Shown: piece by piece, positions 37,404-45,510 of the stretch
Layout: every line of letters begins with the position of its first letter
Numbering within the stretch: the stretch's first letter is position 1
Virus record (IMG/VR): IMGVR_UViG_3300046804_003838
Coordinates: 1-53,590 of that record
DNA length: 53,590 nt
Reading direction: 5' to 3' (one strand)
DNA from: a virus
Taxonomy: Duplodnaviria; Caudoviricetes
Notes under the pieces: generated by a model
Database searches by the model: none
The model's input: only the letters and a program-made list of their open reading frames with translations
What the model was told of the DNA's origin: nothing
Translations under genes and position numbers: made by a program

Positions 37404-37610
37404 TTAGTTTTTATTCTTGAATCGTTTGTTTAAACTTCTGACTAAATCGCTTCCTGCTGTTGGAAAAAAACAAGGCAATACAGAATGTATGATTAAAAGA
37501 ATTCCTGCAAAAATACAAGAGCATCCATAGAAAAGAGCAAATATAAGATGCTCTATATATGTCATATTATTTTCTTTAAGATGATTAATCCATTTTTTAT
37601 ATATATTCAT
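37404..37610 (-). CDS. small membrane protein (DUF6356-like)
   Basis: HL....TY.EH..FA...IH...P pattern. Confidence 0.6.
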   Translation of the reverse strand: MNIYKKWINHLKENNMTYIEHLIFALFYGCSCIFAGILLIIHSVLPCFFPTAGSDLVRSLNKRFKNKN

Positions 37611-37613
37611 GAA

Positions 37614-38213
37614 TCACCTATTGTATAGTTTTGAATATTTCTTTAAATAAAATTCTTTTCTTTCTAAAAATGGACCAGCTAAATGTGCTATAAAAGATTT
37701 ATCTGTTGGTTCTATATTTATAGTATTAAATATTTCTGGTTCAATATATTCAATATAGTAATTGATACCATTATAATTTTTTGTTATCAAATCAATTAAT
37801 GCTGCTTGTTCCCACCATTCATGATTAAGATATTGAGTTAATGTCCACGCTTTAAGCAATAGATTTTTTATCTCTATATGATTCTTTATTAAAAGAACCC
37901 CACTATTAATATTATTATGATCTTTGGACAAATATAGGAATTTGTTTGGTTTAACAAATGACCATAAATCAATATTCTTATTAACTATGACAGCATCACT
38001 GTCTATCCATAGAGTATAATAATTTGGTCTTTGATCTATTTCTTTAAGAAGATATTCTATCTTTGCCCAAGGTGCTGGCCTAAGATAGTTATCTGATATG
38101 ATATATTCTTGATATTGATATTTGTGATATAAGCAATAGTCACGAAAAATTGGAGTGACTATATTGGCTAATGTTTCATATCTATGATTGTATGCTGTAA
38201 TAATTTTAAACAT
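37614..38213 (-). CDS. GT34-like (GMA12/MNN10) glycosyltransferase
   Basis: WAKI, LWIDSDA, D...INSGV, WEQAAL. Confidence 0.8.
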   Translation of the reverse strand: MFKIITAYNHRYETLANIVTPIFRDYCLYHKYQYQEYIISDNYLRPAPWAKIEYLLKEIDQRPNYYTLWIDSDAVIVNKNIDLWSFVKPNKFLYLSKDHNNINSGVLLIKNHIEIKNLLLKAWTLTQYLNHEWWEQAALIDLITKNYNGINYYIEYIEPEIFNTINIEPTDKSFIAHLAGPFLERKEFYLKKYSKLYNR

Positions 38214-38255
38214 ATTTATTAGTAATTAAGTTATACTAATAAATACACTATTTAA

Positions 38256-38611
38256 TGGAGGCGAGGGGAGTCGAACCCCTGTCTTATCATAATCTCAAGA
38301 ATATCTTCTACAAGTTTATTTCATTCATAAATTAAACTAGAATATAGAACGAACAAGATTTTTCTAGTCTTACCAACTGCTCTTAACCTACAACCCGTTG
38401 GATATTGTAAGTGCAGAGGGATTTAACGACAGACTTTTGATTCCTACCCTCATTCGGTATCGCAGTCTGTTACTGCCCTTTTTTTGTCAGGCAGCAAGTG
38501 CTAACTGAGTTTCGCCAGTTAAAGCGTTTAATCGACTTTTAAAGTGGCCTGTCGATCAACCACTACTTGCTAATACAATCTTAATTATGTAATCGAATCC
38601 GTTACGCCCCC
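38256..38611 (-). ncRNA. ssrA: tmRNA
   Basis: 5' GGGGGCGTAACGGATTCGA; 3' GGGGTTCGACTCCCCTCGCCTCCA with G3:U70; pk1-like region; tag frame 38516-38487 GGC GAA ACT CAG TTA GCA CTT GCT GCC TGA = (A)GETQLALAA. Confidence 0.93.
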
Positions 38612-38829
38612 TAATTAGTAAATTTTGTTGGTGGAACTATCTGATATTTTTCATTATCCAGACGATCAATCTCTTGGCGAAGGTGATCAAATTCATCAAC
38701 AGTCATCCAAGGATTCAAACTGGTGATAAATTCATTCAGAATAATTATTCTACTATAAAGTACACAATTAATTCCTACTGAAAATAACAGTAGGCCAGAC
38801 AGGATTAAATTTAATGGTGAAATTTTCAT
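38611..38829 (-). CDS. small membrane-anchored protein
   Basis: N-terminal TM; stop overlaps first G of tmRNA. Confidence 0.6.
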   Translation of the reverse strand: MKISPLNLILSGLLLFSVGINCVLYSRIIILNEFITSLNPWMTVDEFDHLRQEIDRLDNEKYQIVPPTKFTN

Positions 38830-39002
38830 TCTGTAGCCTCGTTAAGTTGAGTAATAAAATTTTGAATGACCAATTTATTATATTCGTTATCCATTTTATG
38901 TAATGATTCTGCTCGTATTAGAGCGTCATAGTGCAAAAGATTAAAAGAAAAAGAACCAAAAAGTAATGACAATAAAAAAATTACAATTAGTCTATATTTC
39001 AT
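38826..39002 (-). CDS. small membrane-anchored protein (58 aa)
   Basis: Manual: MKYRLIVIFLLSLLFGSFSFNLLHY...; ATGA overlap with next gene. Confidence 0.6.
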   Translation of the reverse strand: MKYRLIVIFLLSLLFGSFSFNLLHYDALIRAESLHKMDNEYNKLVIQNFITQLNEATE

Positions 39003-39084
39003 ATATTGTTCTCATTAAAGGTAGGAGAGAAACAACCTTGCTTCTCTATAAGGAGGGACAATATGTATTACACCATTTGATAAA

Positions 39085-39158
39085 TAGGGCGTGTAGGAGT
39101 CGAACCTACCTTTTGAATACCTTATAAGAGTATGTGCAACTACCGGCTGCAACGCCCC
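39085..39158 (-). tRNA. trnI: tRNA-Ile(UAU)
   Basis: GGGGCGT/ACGCCCT acceptor; ATACT-CT-TAT-AA-GGTAT anticodon arm; GTAGG-TTCGACT-CCTAC T-arm; short atypical D-loop; no CCA. Confidence 0.85.
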
Positions 39159-39190
39159 AAATTTTTAAAGATCAATCACCGTCTACCAGC

Positions 39191-39218
39191 ATTATACCAT
39201 CGTCATCTGTCCTGTCAA
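39191..39218 (-). promoter_or_regulatory. sigma70-like promoter of tRNA-Ile
   Basis: TTGACA-N16-TATAAT with TG extension; spacer has ACAGAT variant. Confidence 0.75.
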
Positions 39219-39235
39219 CCCTTGAGAAAATTTTT

Positions 39236-39442
39236 CTAGTCGTTGTGGTATAAATTCTTTAAATTCCTTATTTCTTCTTGATATTTTTGAATATTATTAT
39301 ACATCTCATTACAACTCACACAAAAATCTGATGAGATATATGCCTTGCAGTCATGTATTTTATCTTCAAGATCCCGTATCTTTCTTCTTATTTCTTCGTT
39401 TGATGGATTTGTCATTGGTTTTCTTTCTTTTTTCTTTAACAT
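39236..39442 (-). CDS. hypothetical coiled-coil protein
   Basis: Track ORF; true start may be the internal MTNP. Confidence 0.55.
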   Translation of the reverse strand: MLKKKERKPMTNPSNEEIRRKIRDLEDKIHDCKAYISSDFCVSCNEMYNNIQKYQEEIRNLKNLYHND

Positions 39443-39776
39443 CTGTCAAAGGATTTGCCCAAAAAACCATTTCATTACTTTCATTATCCCAAGCACACTG
39501 AATCAAATCTTGAGCCGCAAGTTTTGCCAGCCCAACATTGTTGATCCATGTTACTGTAGACTCCCAAATTTGTTCATTAGTTTCTTCATTAAGAAGTGGT
39601 CTATCATTATCATCAAAACCTATGCAGTTTTCTTCAATGATAGAAATCATCTGCTTCAGATTAATATAGGCATCAAGATCGTCATCGCAATCATCTGAAA
39701 TAGCATTGGCGGCGGCTTGCCTCATCTCTGTGGCATATCCTTCAATATTCGTAATAGCATAGACTTCGTTGTCCAT
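39366..39776 (-). CDS. hypothetical protein (paralog of 26495..26908)
   Basis: LAKLAAQDLIQCAWDNESNEMVFW; GGAGA SD. Confidence 0.65.
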   Translation of the reverse strand: MDNEVYAITNIEGYATEMRQAAANAISDDCDDDLDAYINLKQMISIIEENCIGFDDNDRPLLNEETNEQIWESTVTWINNVGLAKLAAQDLIQCAWDNESNEMVFWANPLTDVKEKRKKTNDKSIKRRNKKKDTGS

Positions 39777-39790
39777 TTTATTTCTCCAAA

Positions 39791-40060
39791 TTAGATATAT
39801 TTAGATACACCTTTGTCGGACCCATTAAACAATTTGTCCTCTATACGATGAAGAGTATAATCCATACTATATTCTCCACGAGGAAGATATTGAGTATTAT
39901 CTTTTAGGGCTGTTTTGATTTGAGGTATCCAATGTTGTGACGCAACAGCGTACTCTTCTGGAAAGTTTACTCCAAGTATAGCCTTAATTTCAGCCAAATT
40001 ATTCTCAATTTGTTCTCTATATGAGTAGAGTTTAGAGAGAGCCTCATTTTGATTACTCAT
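39791..40060 (-). CDS. hypothetical protein
   Basis: 89-aa coupled ORF. Confidence 0.6.
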   Translation of the reverse strand: MSNQNEALSKLYSYREQIENNLAEIKAILGVNFPEEYAVASQHWIPQIKTALKDNTQYLPRGEYSMDYTLHRIEDKLFNGSDKGVSKYI

Positions 40061-40464
40061 ACGATATTCTCTTTCTGTTTGAGTTTGATCAACTTATGTT
40101 TGGTTTTCCAAACTCCAGTTTCTTTATTTTGAATATCTCCACCCATATAAATATGACAGAATCCAGCACTCTTGTCAATACCCCAGGCAAGAATACCATG
40201 CTTGTCAACACCCTCAACCACAAATCGTCCTCTATAACCCATAGGAATAAATTCGCCCTTACTGACAAAGTATGGGCCTCCGGTCACTTTGATACGATCA
40301 CCCTTAACTAGTTCACGCCAATTAACATTTTGAATAATTTTGGTATTCTTTGCTTCTTTGCTTTTAGGCTTGAAGCAAAAAACGTGATTACATTTCGAGC
40401 AACAATATGCTCGCGGTCCAGTTTCATGCGAACAATTCGGACAAGTTTTCTTACCTTTGGGCAT
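40057..40464 (-). CDS. zinc-ribbon early protein
   Basis: MPKGKKTCPNC...CSKC; no TTA or ATA codons. Confidence 0.7.
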   Translation of the reverse strand: MPKGKKTCPNCSHETGPRAYCCSKCNHVFCFKPKSKEAKNTKIIQNVNWRELVKGDRIKVTGGPYFVSKGEFIPMGYRGRFVVEGVDKHGILAWGIDKSAGFCHIYMGGDIQNKETGVWKTKHKLIKLKQKENIV

Positions 40465-40491
40465 CGTATATCTCCTGTGAAGTATGCTCTA

Positions 40492-40519
40492 AGTATACAT
40501 CAGTTATCGGCGTTGTCAA
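40492..40519 (-). promoter_or_regulatory. early-type promoter
   Basis: TTGACA-ACGCCGATAACTGATG-TATACT. Confidence 0.75.
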
Positions 40520-40524
40520 GTGGG

Positions 40525-40752
40525 CTACTTTAGAATAATTCCACTAGGGCCACTTATAATTTGAAGTTTACCGGGATTATAGTGACAAAAATAACTGCTG
40601 TGAATACGCTTTTTAGTCAGATTATCTTCTTCAATTTCAATATAGACATTAATTCGGTAACGATTTTCCCAGACATTAATAATCTTAGTCATAAGATGAT
40701 GTTTAGGCTTTTCGACTTGTTTAAAAAGAAGGCTTTCAATTTCAAGATCCAT
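40525..40752 (-). CDS. hypothetical protein
   Basis: INVWENRYRINVY...SYF. Confidence 0.65.
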   Translation of the reverse strand: MDLEIESLLFKQVEKPKHHLMTKIINVWENRYRINVYIEIEEDNLTKKRIHSSYFCHYNPGKLQIISGPSGIILK

Positions 40753-40965
40753 TTAAACAGTCTCCATATTTGTGTTAGAGGTATCAATACTCAGAGAAAT
40801 CTTATTGTCGGGCATCTGAATAAAATCAGTAGAATAATAATCCAAAGTTTCCCAATCAAATACTTGTACATTTTCTTGCCAAGGAAAACTACCGGGATTA
40901 CTAATATCGTTTGCTCTTTCATAAAGAAAGTTATATAAATCTAACCAAGTCATTTTATTTTTCAT
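40753..40965 (-). CDS. hypothetical protein
   Basis: 70-aa coupled ORF. Confidence 0.6.
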   Translation of the reverse strand: MKNKMTWLDLYNFLYERANDISNPGSFPWQENVQVFDWETLDYYSTDFIQMPDNKISLSIDTSNTNMETV

Positions 40966-41180
40966 CTGGCTCTCCTATTTGCCCTATCAAGAATACGGAT
41001 AGTTTGTGTTGCATTTGATGGGACCATAACAAGACTAGGGGCGGTTTTATGTCCCCAATCCATAAATCCAACAGCACGATTTTCGACACTACAATCTTTA
41101 CAAATAATTTTGCGACCAGTTTCTACGAGAAACTCGTAGCGATCAATACCAACACAGTTTTTGCAGTAAATGCAGTTCAT
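40962..41180 (-). CDS. DksA/TraR-like C4 zinc-finger protein
   Basis: CIYC...I.R.E.L.....CKDC spacing; GGAGG SD. Confidence 0.55.
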   Translation of the reverse strand: MNCIYCKNCVGIDRYEFLVETGRKIICKDCSVENRAVGFMDWGHKTAPSLVMVPSNATQTIRILDRANRRAR

Positions 41181-41199
41181 GGTTTCCTCCGTACAGCGG

Positions 41200-41227
41200 A
41201 TTATACCATCATCATCGGCATTGTCAA
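41200..41227 (-). promoter_or_regulatory. early-type promoter
   Basis: TTGACA-ATGCCGATGATGATGG-TATAAT, overlapping the last codons of the deaminase. Confidence 0.75.
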
Positions 41228-41659
41228 GGACTCTGCTTGAATAGAATCTCCAAAACTGTCACTAAAACCACCGTCATCATTACTATAATAAACAGTATTT
41301 AATCCTACTGCATTAAGAAGTTTGTCACAATTTTCACAAGGTTTACTTCCTAAAAGTAATCCTTTTCGATTAATTCGCAATACAACCACTGACCAATTAG
41401 AATCAATGGTATTATACCTATCCAGCAATTTAGAAATAAGATGAGATTCAGCGTGTACAAAAGGAAACTCCTTATATTTGGGCAAATTAAATTGTTCACC
41501 AATTCTGTAAGCCCTAGCGTTTGTTTTAATTGGGTTATTTTGGGTAAAACAAATCATTTTGTTACCATCAAATGCAGCAGCATAATGATAGCACCTAATT
41601 AGAGGATTCGGATTCCAATTCTGATACGCTTTGCGAATTGTCTTGTTGATGATTTTCAT
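41201..41659 (-). CDS. cytidine/deoxycytidylate deaminase-like protein
   Basis: H.AA, HAE, SKPCENC, VYYS. Confidence 0.75.
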   Translation of the reverse strand: MKIINKTIRKAYQNWNPNPLIRCYHYAAAFDGNKMICFTQNNPIKTNARAYRIGEQFNLPKYKEFPFVHAESHLISKLLDRYNTIDSNWSVVVLRINRKGLLLGSKPCENCDKLLNAVGLNTVYYSNDDGGFSDSFGDSIQAESLTMPMMMV

Positions 41660-41772
41660 TTTTTATCCAAATATCATTTTCCATTTCAATATCATATTTA
41701 CTGGTCGAAGGTAGAATAAGTTCTAAATGGTTTGTTTGTTTTATTTCTTTTGATTCTGACATGATTTTATGA

Positions 41773-41919
41773 TTATTTAGAGGCTAACATATATAAACCA
41801 ACATTAGCAAAAGCATAACCAATATAAGTAATTAACATACCAATATTTCCTTTGTACCCTTGTTCAGCAGCGACATAAAGGTAGCAACAACCAGTGAAAG
41901 CAATTAGCCAAGCACTCAT
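41773..41919 (-). CDS. small membrane protein (48 aa)
   Basis: Manual: MSAWLIAFTGCCYLYVAAEQGYKGNIGMLITYIGYAFANVGLYMLASK; ATGA overlap with uvsE. Confidence 0.7.
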   Translation of the reverse strand: MSAWLIAFTGCCYLYVAAEQGYKGNIGMLITYIGYAFANVGLYMLASK

Positions 41920-42830
41920 ACATTTACTCCTTCAATAATGTGTTTATATTTTTCAATAGCATAATCTTTCATCTTTAATTCCATATCTACATCAAAATCT
42001 AACCCATAGTTATTAAATGGATTTTCAGCATAATCAGCATGAGCCCTTGGATTATTGCCGATTCTACTTTCACTATAATGAAAAAGCGGACGAGTTTGCC
42101 AAGTGTCATAGCACATATTAATAGCCTCAACTTCTGTCAAGTTATTAGGATGACACTTATGATGAAGATAATCGAAACAAATTGGAATACGAGTAATAGG
42201 ATGAAAAATATCTACAAGTTCACGAACACTCCAGCAATTAAGTTTATCATCATTTTCTATAGTAAGCCTTGCTTGACAATTTTCATCAAGTTTCTTAAAA
42301 TTCTGATAAAAACGATGGCTAATTTCTTCTCTAGTTCCATTATTATTATGAACGTGTAGGTTCATTGGGCTGAGAGTATTTGCTGGCAAACCGATTCTAT
42401 CGAAGAAACTGCTGTAGAAATTGAGTTCTGTGATTGTTTTTTCCACAACTTTATCGGAGAGACTTGAGAGTGAATTAAATTCACTAGGATGACAAGACAC
42501 ACGAACATTAGTATTGGTAATAGTTTGTGCAATATTATCAAACTCATCTTGAATTTCATCATGATTAGGCAAATCTTCTAACGAAACATTTGCTGCATCA
42601 TAAGTAATAAGCGGGAAAATATCGCTACTAACACGATAAACATAATTATTCTGTCCGCAAAATTCAATAGTTTTACGAGTGGTGACAAGATTATTAAAAA
42701 TCCTATCTCCAAGAATCGTCAAGGATTCTTCTCGCGGCAGAGAATTGAATCGTTTAAAAGTCATGGTCTGATGACCAATATCTTGTTCTTTAAGTTTGAG
42801 GCTAATGCAGCACAGACCGTACTTATTCAT
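41916..42830 (-). CDS. uvsE: UV-damage endonuclease
   Basis: GLCCI, YRVSSDIFP, HP, NLHV, TIENDD, FDYLHH, FHYS, AHADY, ELKMKD; start moved to ATG 42830. Confidence 0.9.
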   Translation of the reverse strand: MNKYGLCCISLKLKEQDIGHQTMTFKRFNSLPREESLTILGDRIFNNLVTTRKTIEFCGQNNYVYRVSSDIFPLITYDAANVSLEDLPNHDEIQDEFDNIAQTITNTNVRVSCHPSEFNSLSSLSDKVVEKTITELNFYSSFFDRIGLPANTLSPMNLHVHNNNGTREEISHRFYQNFKKLDENCQARLTIENDDKLNCWSVRELVDIFHPITRIPICFDYLHHKCHPNNLTEVEAINMCYDTWQTRPLFHYSESRIGNNPRAHADYAENPFNNYGLDFDVDMELKMKDYAIEKYKHIIEGVNV

Positions 42831-42848
42831 AATTTCTCCGTTTGTAGC

Positions 42849-42876
42849 AGTATATCTCATTATCGGCTACTGTCAA
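42849..42876 (-). promoter_or_regulatory. early-type promoter of uvsE
   Basis: TTGACA-GTAGCCGATAATGAGA-TATACT. Confidence 0.75.
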
Positions 42877-43064
42877 GCCACAACTTGAGAAATTTCTTCA
42901 ACACTGTAGATTTTTAATATTTTGTAATCTAACAAAAAAAAGTTATAAAATAAATCAATCGCTTCATTTTCTGTTAATGCGGAAACTACATGATTAAAGA
43001 GTATGGTCTGCTTATAACTATCAAATTTATTATAAACCTGTGCCGTAATATTATACTGTTTCAT
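42873..43064 (-). CDS. hypothetical protein
   Basis: 63-aa coupled ORF. Confidence 0.55.
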   Translation of the reverse strand: MKQYNITAQVYNKFDSYKQTILFNHVVSALTENEAIDLFYNFFLLDYKILKIYSVEEISQVVA

Positions 43065-43698
43065 TTTTCCAACCTAAAGCCTCTCCAATTGTAGGAAATT
43101 GTTCAATAAAAATTTGTTTACATTGATTAGCAATGGTCATATGTTCTTTTTGAGTTCCATGACCAGAACGTAATTCAATATAATGTATCCATGAACGTGC
43201 TGTGCCACTCATATAAAGTCGTGTAGGAGTTGCCAGAGGCAATATAAATCTAGCACATTCTTTAGCGATCCCATCAGCAATCATACCATCATATAATGCT
43301 TTGGCTTTAGCAAAATGCTCTCGTATTTGGGTATTCCATTTAACGATCATTTCATGATTAATATCATCAATACTATTTTGTCTGTTCTTAGTATCTTGTC
43401 TACGCAAATCAAATAATGGAATATCTTCTGCTAACAGTGTCGTATCGGCATATCTCTGCGAGAATTCTTGAAAAGTAAACGATCTATGTCTAAGAATTTG
43501 AGCAGCAAGTCCTCTCGTGGTATTAATTTCTAAGGTCATGAACGCCTGTTCAAAAATAGAAAAATGTTTATGATCTATACAATACTTTAGTAGTTTAGCA
43601 TAGTTTTCATTATTCTGGTTATTTGGATTTGATACCCTGGCACAGTAAGCCATTAATTTTTCAGCATCTGGAGTAACACTAACTAATTTTACATTCAT
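43051..43698 (-). CDS. thyX: FAD-dependent thymidylate synthase
   Basis: ARVS, H.S.FE, RHRSFTFQEFSQRY, ECARFILP, TQKEH. Confidence 0.95.
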   Translation of the reverse strand: MNVKLVSVTPDAEKLMAYCARVSNPNNQNNENYAKLLKYCIDHKHFSIFEQAFMTLEINTTRGLAAQILRHRSFTFQEFSQRYADTTLLAEDIPLFDLRRQDTKNRQNSIDDINHEMIVKWNTQIREHFAKAKALYDGMIADGIAKECARFILPLATPTRLYMSGTARSWIHYIELRSGHGTQKEHMTIANQCKQIFIEQFPTIGEALGWKNETV

Positions 43699-43931
43699 AT
43701 TTGATCCTCTGTATATGATATTTCAAATTCTTCTAGTTGGCAAAGTTCTTCATCCCAAAAACCATTTTTTAAACCTCTGCCAAGAATATGACCAGCTTTT
43801 TTCCAAATATTATTATAATCTTCTTTAGTCATTCTTTTTGAAGTTCTTCCCCAATCACATATTGTAGCATCAAAAACTTCTGTTCCAGAATCGAACCATT
43901 CGTTATCTTTTGATATAAATTTTACATACAT
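43695..43931 (-). CDS. hypothetical protein
   Basis: 78-aa coupled ORF. Confidence 0.6.
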   Translation of the reverse strand: MYVKFISKDNEWFDSGTEVFDATICDWGRTSKRMTKEDYNNIWKKAGHILGRGLKNGFWDEELCQLEEFEISYTEDQI

Positions 43932-43937
43932 AATATT

Positions 43938-44234
43938 TTAATAATCGCTTGTTGTAAATTTGGTTTCTTGTTTATTTTCTTGAAACTTTTTTTGATGATC
44001 CAGCCATTTATTATCGCTAAGATCATTATAAATTGCCGTAGCAACTTTGCTAACACTCAAAGCAACACCAGTTACAGCAGGATTAGAATCCTTACACCAG
44101 TAATAACTAGCACCATTGATGCTATCATCTTTCTCTTTAATTATAGAGTAGCCTTGTTCTTTTGCCCAGCGTTTGATTTCTGTGATTTTGAACATATCAA
44201 CAGCCCATTGTATCAGTTCGTTTGGGTCTGTCAA
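43938..44234 (-). CDS. hypothetical protein
   Basis: Track ORF; true start probably MFKITE near 44195. Confidence 0.55.
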   Translation of the reverse strand: MTDPNELIQWAVDMFKITEIKRWAKEQGYSIIKEKDDSINGASYYWCKDSNPAVTGVALSVSKVATAIYNDLSDNKWLDHQKKFQENKQETKFTTSDY

Positions 44235-44496
44235 GATGTTCAGTAAAAACAGATTCGTCTTTGTCGTATCTTTTCCATGCCACTTTATGTTTTATTGCCA
44301 CAATTGTCTTTGTTTGTTCCGATATATATTTTCTTTGATAATCAATAAGATTCCATAATTCTTTAATATAATCTAAACATTCGTGATCTTTATATTTAGT
44401 TAGAATATTATTTATAGTAGAACTACTCATAGGCTCATACTTTAAAGTCATATCAAACTCTTGACTCCAATCGTCAGCATTATACATTGGACTCAT
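44197..44496 (-). CDS. hypothetical protein
   Basis: 99-aa coupled ORF. Confidence 0.6.
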   Translation of the reverse strand: MSPMYNADDWSQEFDMTLKYEPMSSSTINNILTKYKDHECLDYIKELWNLIDYQRKYISEQTKTIVAIKHKVAWKRYDKDESVFTEHLDRPKRTDTMGC

Positions 44497-44684
44497 TTTT
44501 GCAGATACTCCTGTGCTGTTATTTTTTGTTTATGTTGAAAGCCAGCGGCAAATCCTTGCATATATAGTTTTTTCATTACCCCTATATGTTGTTTATTATT
44601 CTGAATAAAATCTAAATTATTTGCTACCCATTCATGATAACTTTTTTCTTCATCACACAGTTCATAATCTTCTGGATCATACAT
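44493..44684 (-). CDS. hypothetical protein
   Basis: 63-aa coupled ORF. Confidence 0.6.
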   Translation of the reverse strand: MYDPEDYELCDEEKSYHEWVANNLDFIQNNKQHIGVMKKLYMQGFAAGFQHKQKITAQEYLQK

Positions 44685-45304
44685 TATTTCTTAACCTTTT
44701 CCACATTGTATTTATTAAAAATTTTGTTAACGCCAGCAATAATTGTTGGACAGGTATTATTTATCAATTGATTATCGTCATTATCTGTAATGTAAGCCTG
44801 TATCTCATCATATAAAACATCTTCACAATATCCTTTATCTAGAATATATTTAGCAGTTGTTTTTAACTTATTTTTATGTTTATTTAGAAACTTATTGATT
44901 TCATTACGATACTTGTCATCGGAAGCATACAACGCATGAGATAGTTCATGTCTTAATGTGCTAGTGTTTTGTGCTCCTATAATATAGAAATTATCACTAC
45001 GATATTTGAATAAATCTAGTAATCTCTGTTCTTCTGTTGTAAGGGGATCAAATAATCCTTCTCTGAAAGGAGTCAAAGCGATACTGGGAAGATTAAAACC
45101 TATCCAAGTTGTATGATAGTTATTTGCTCCATAAGTTTCAGAATACCATCTTTTTAATTGTCCTAATGTAAATATTTTTCCTCTAAAATTTGGATTAGCA
45201 CTTTCGTAATGTTCTTGAAAACGCATAAAAGTTAAGCCTAATTCTTCCTGAGAATCTGCCCAAACCCAAACACTGTTATATGGTTTTTTTATACAATTAA
45301 TCAT
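44684..45304 (-). CDS. HExxH zincin-like protein
   Basis: FMRFQEHYES, RHELSHALY, DEIQAY. Confidence 0.6.
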   Translation of the reverse strand: MINCIKKPYNSVWVWADSQEELGLTFMRFQEHYESANPNFRGKIFTLGQLKRWYSETYGANNYHTTWIGFNLPSIALTPFREGLFDPLTTEEQRLLDLFKYRSDNFYIIGAQNTSTLRHELSHALYASDDKYRNEINKFLNKHKNKLKTTAKYILDKGYCEDVLYDEIQAYITDNDDNQLINNTCPTIIAGVNKIFNKYNVEKVKK

Positions 45305-45510
45305 CTTAGTCCTAATTTTGTGACATCGCTCTCACCATCTGGAATATTCCATTCTGGATCAAACCCAGGTGGCAAATCATTATCAAGAATTGTTCGTCTT
45401 TCCTCTCTAAGAGAGGCTATTTCTTTTCTTTGTGTCCTTATTTCTAATTTTAGACTATCAATAATATTTTTAAGATTATTATTTTCTTTAATCAATGAGT
45501 CAATATCCAT
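45301..45510 (-). CDS. coiled-coil hypothetical protein
   Basis: 69-aa coupled ORF. Confidence 0.55.
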   Translation of the reverse strand: MDIDSLIKENNNLKNIIDSLKLEIRTQRKEIASLREERRTILDNDLPPGFDPEWNIPDGESDVTKLGLR

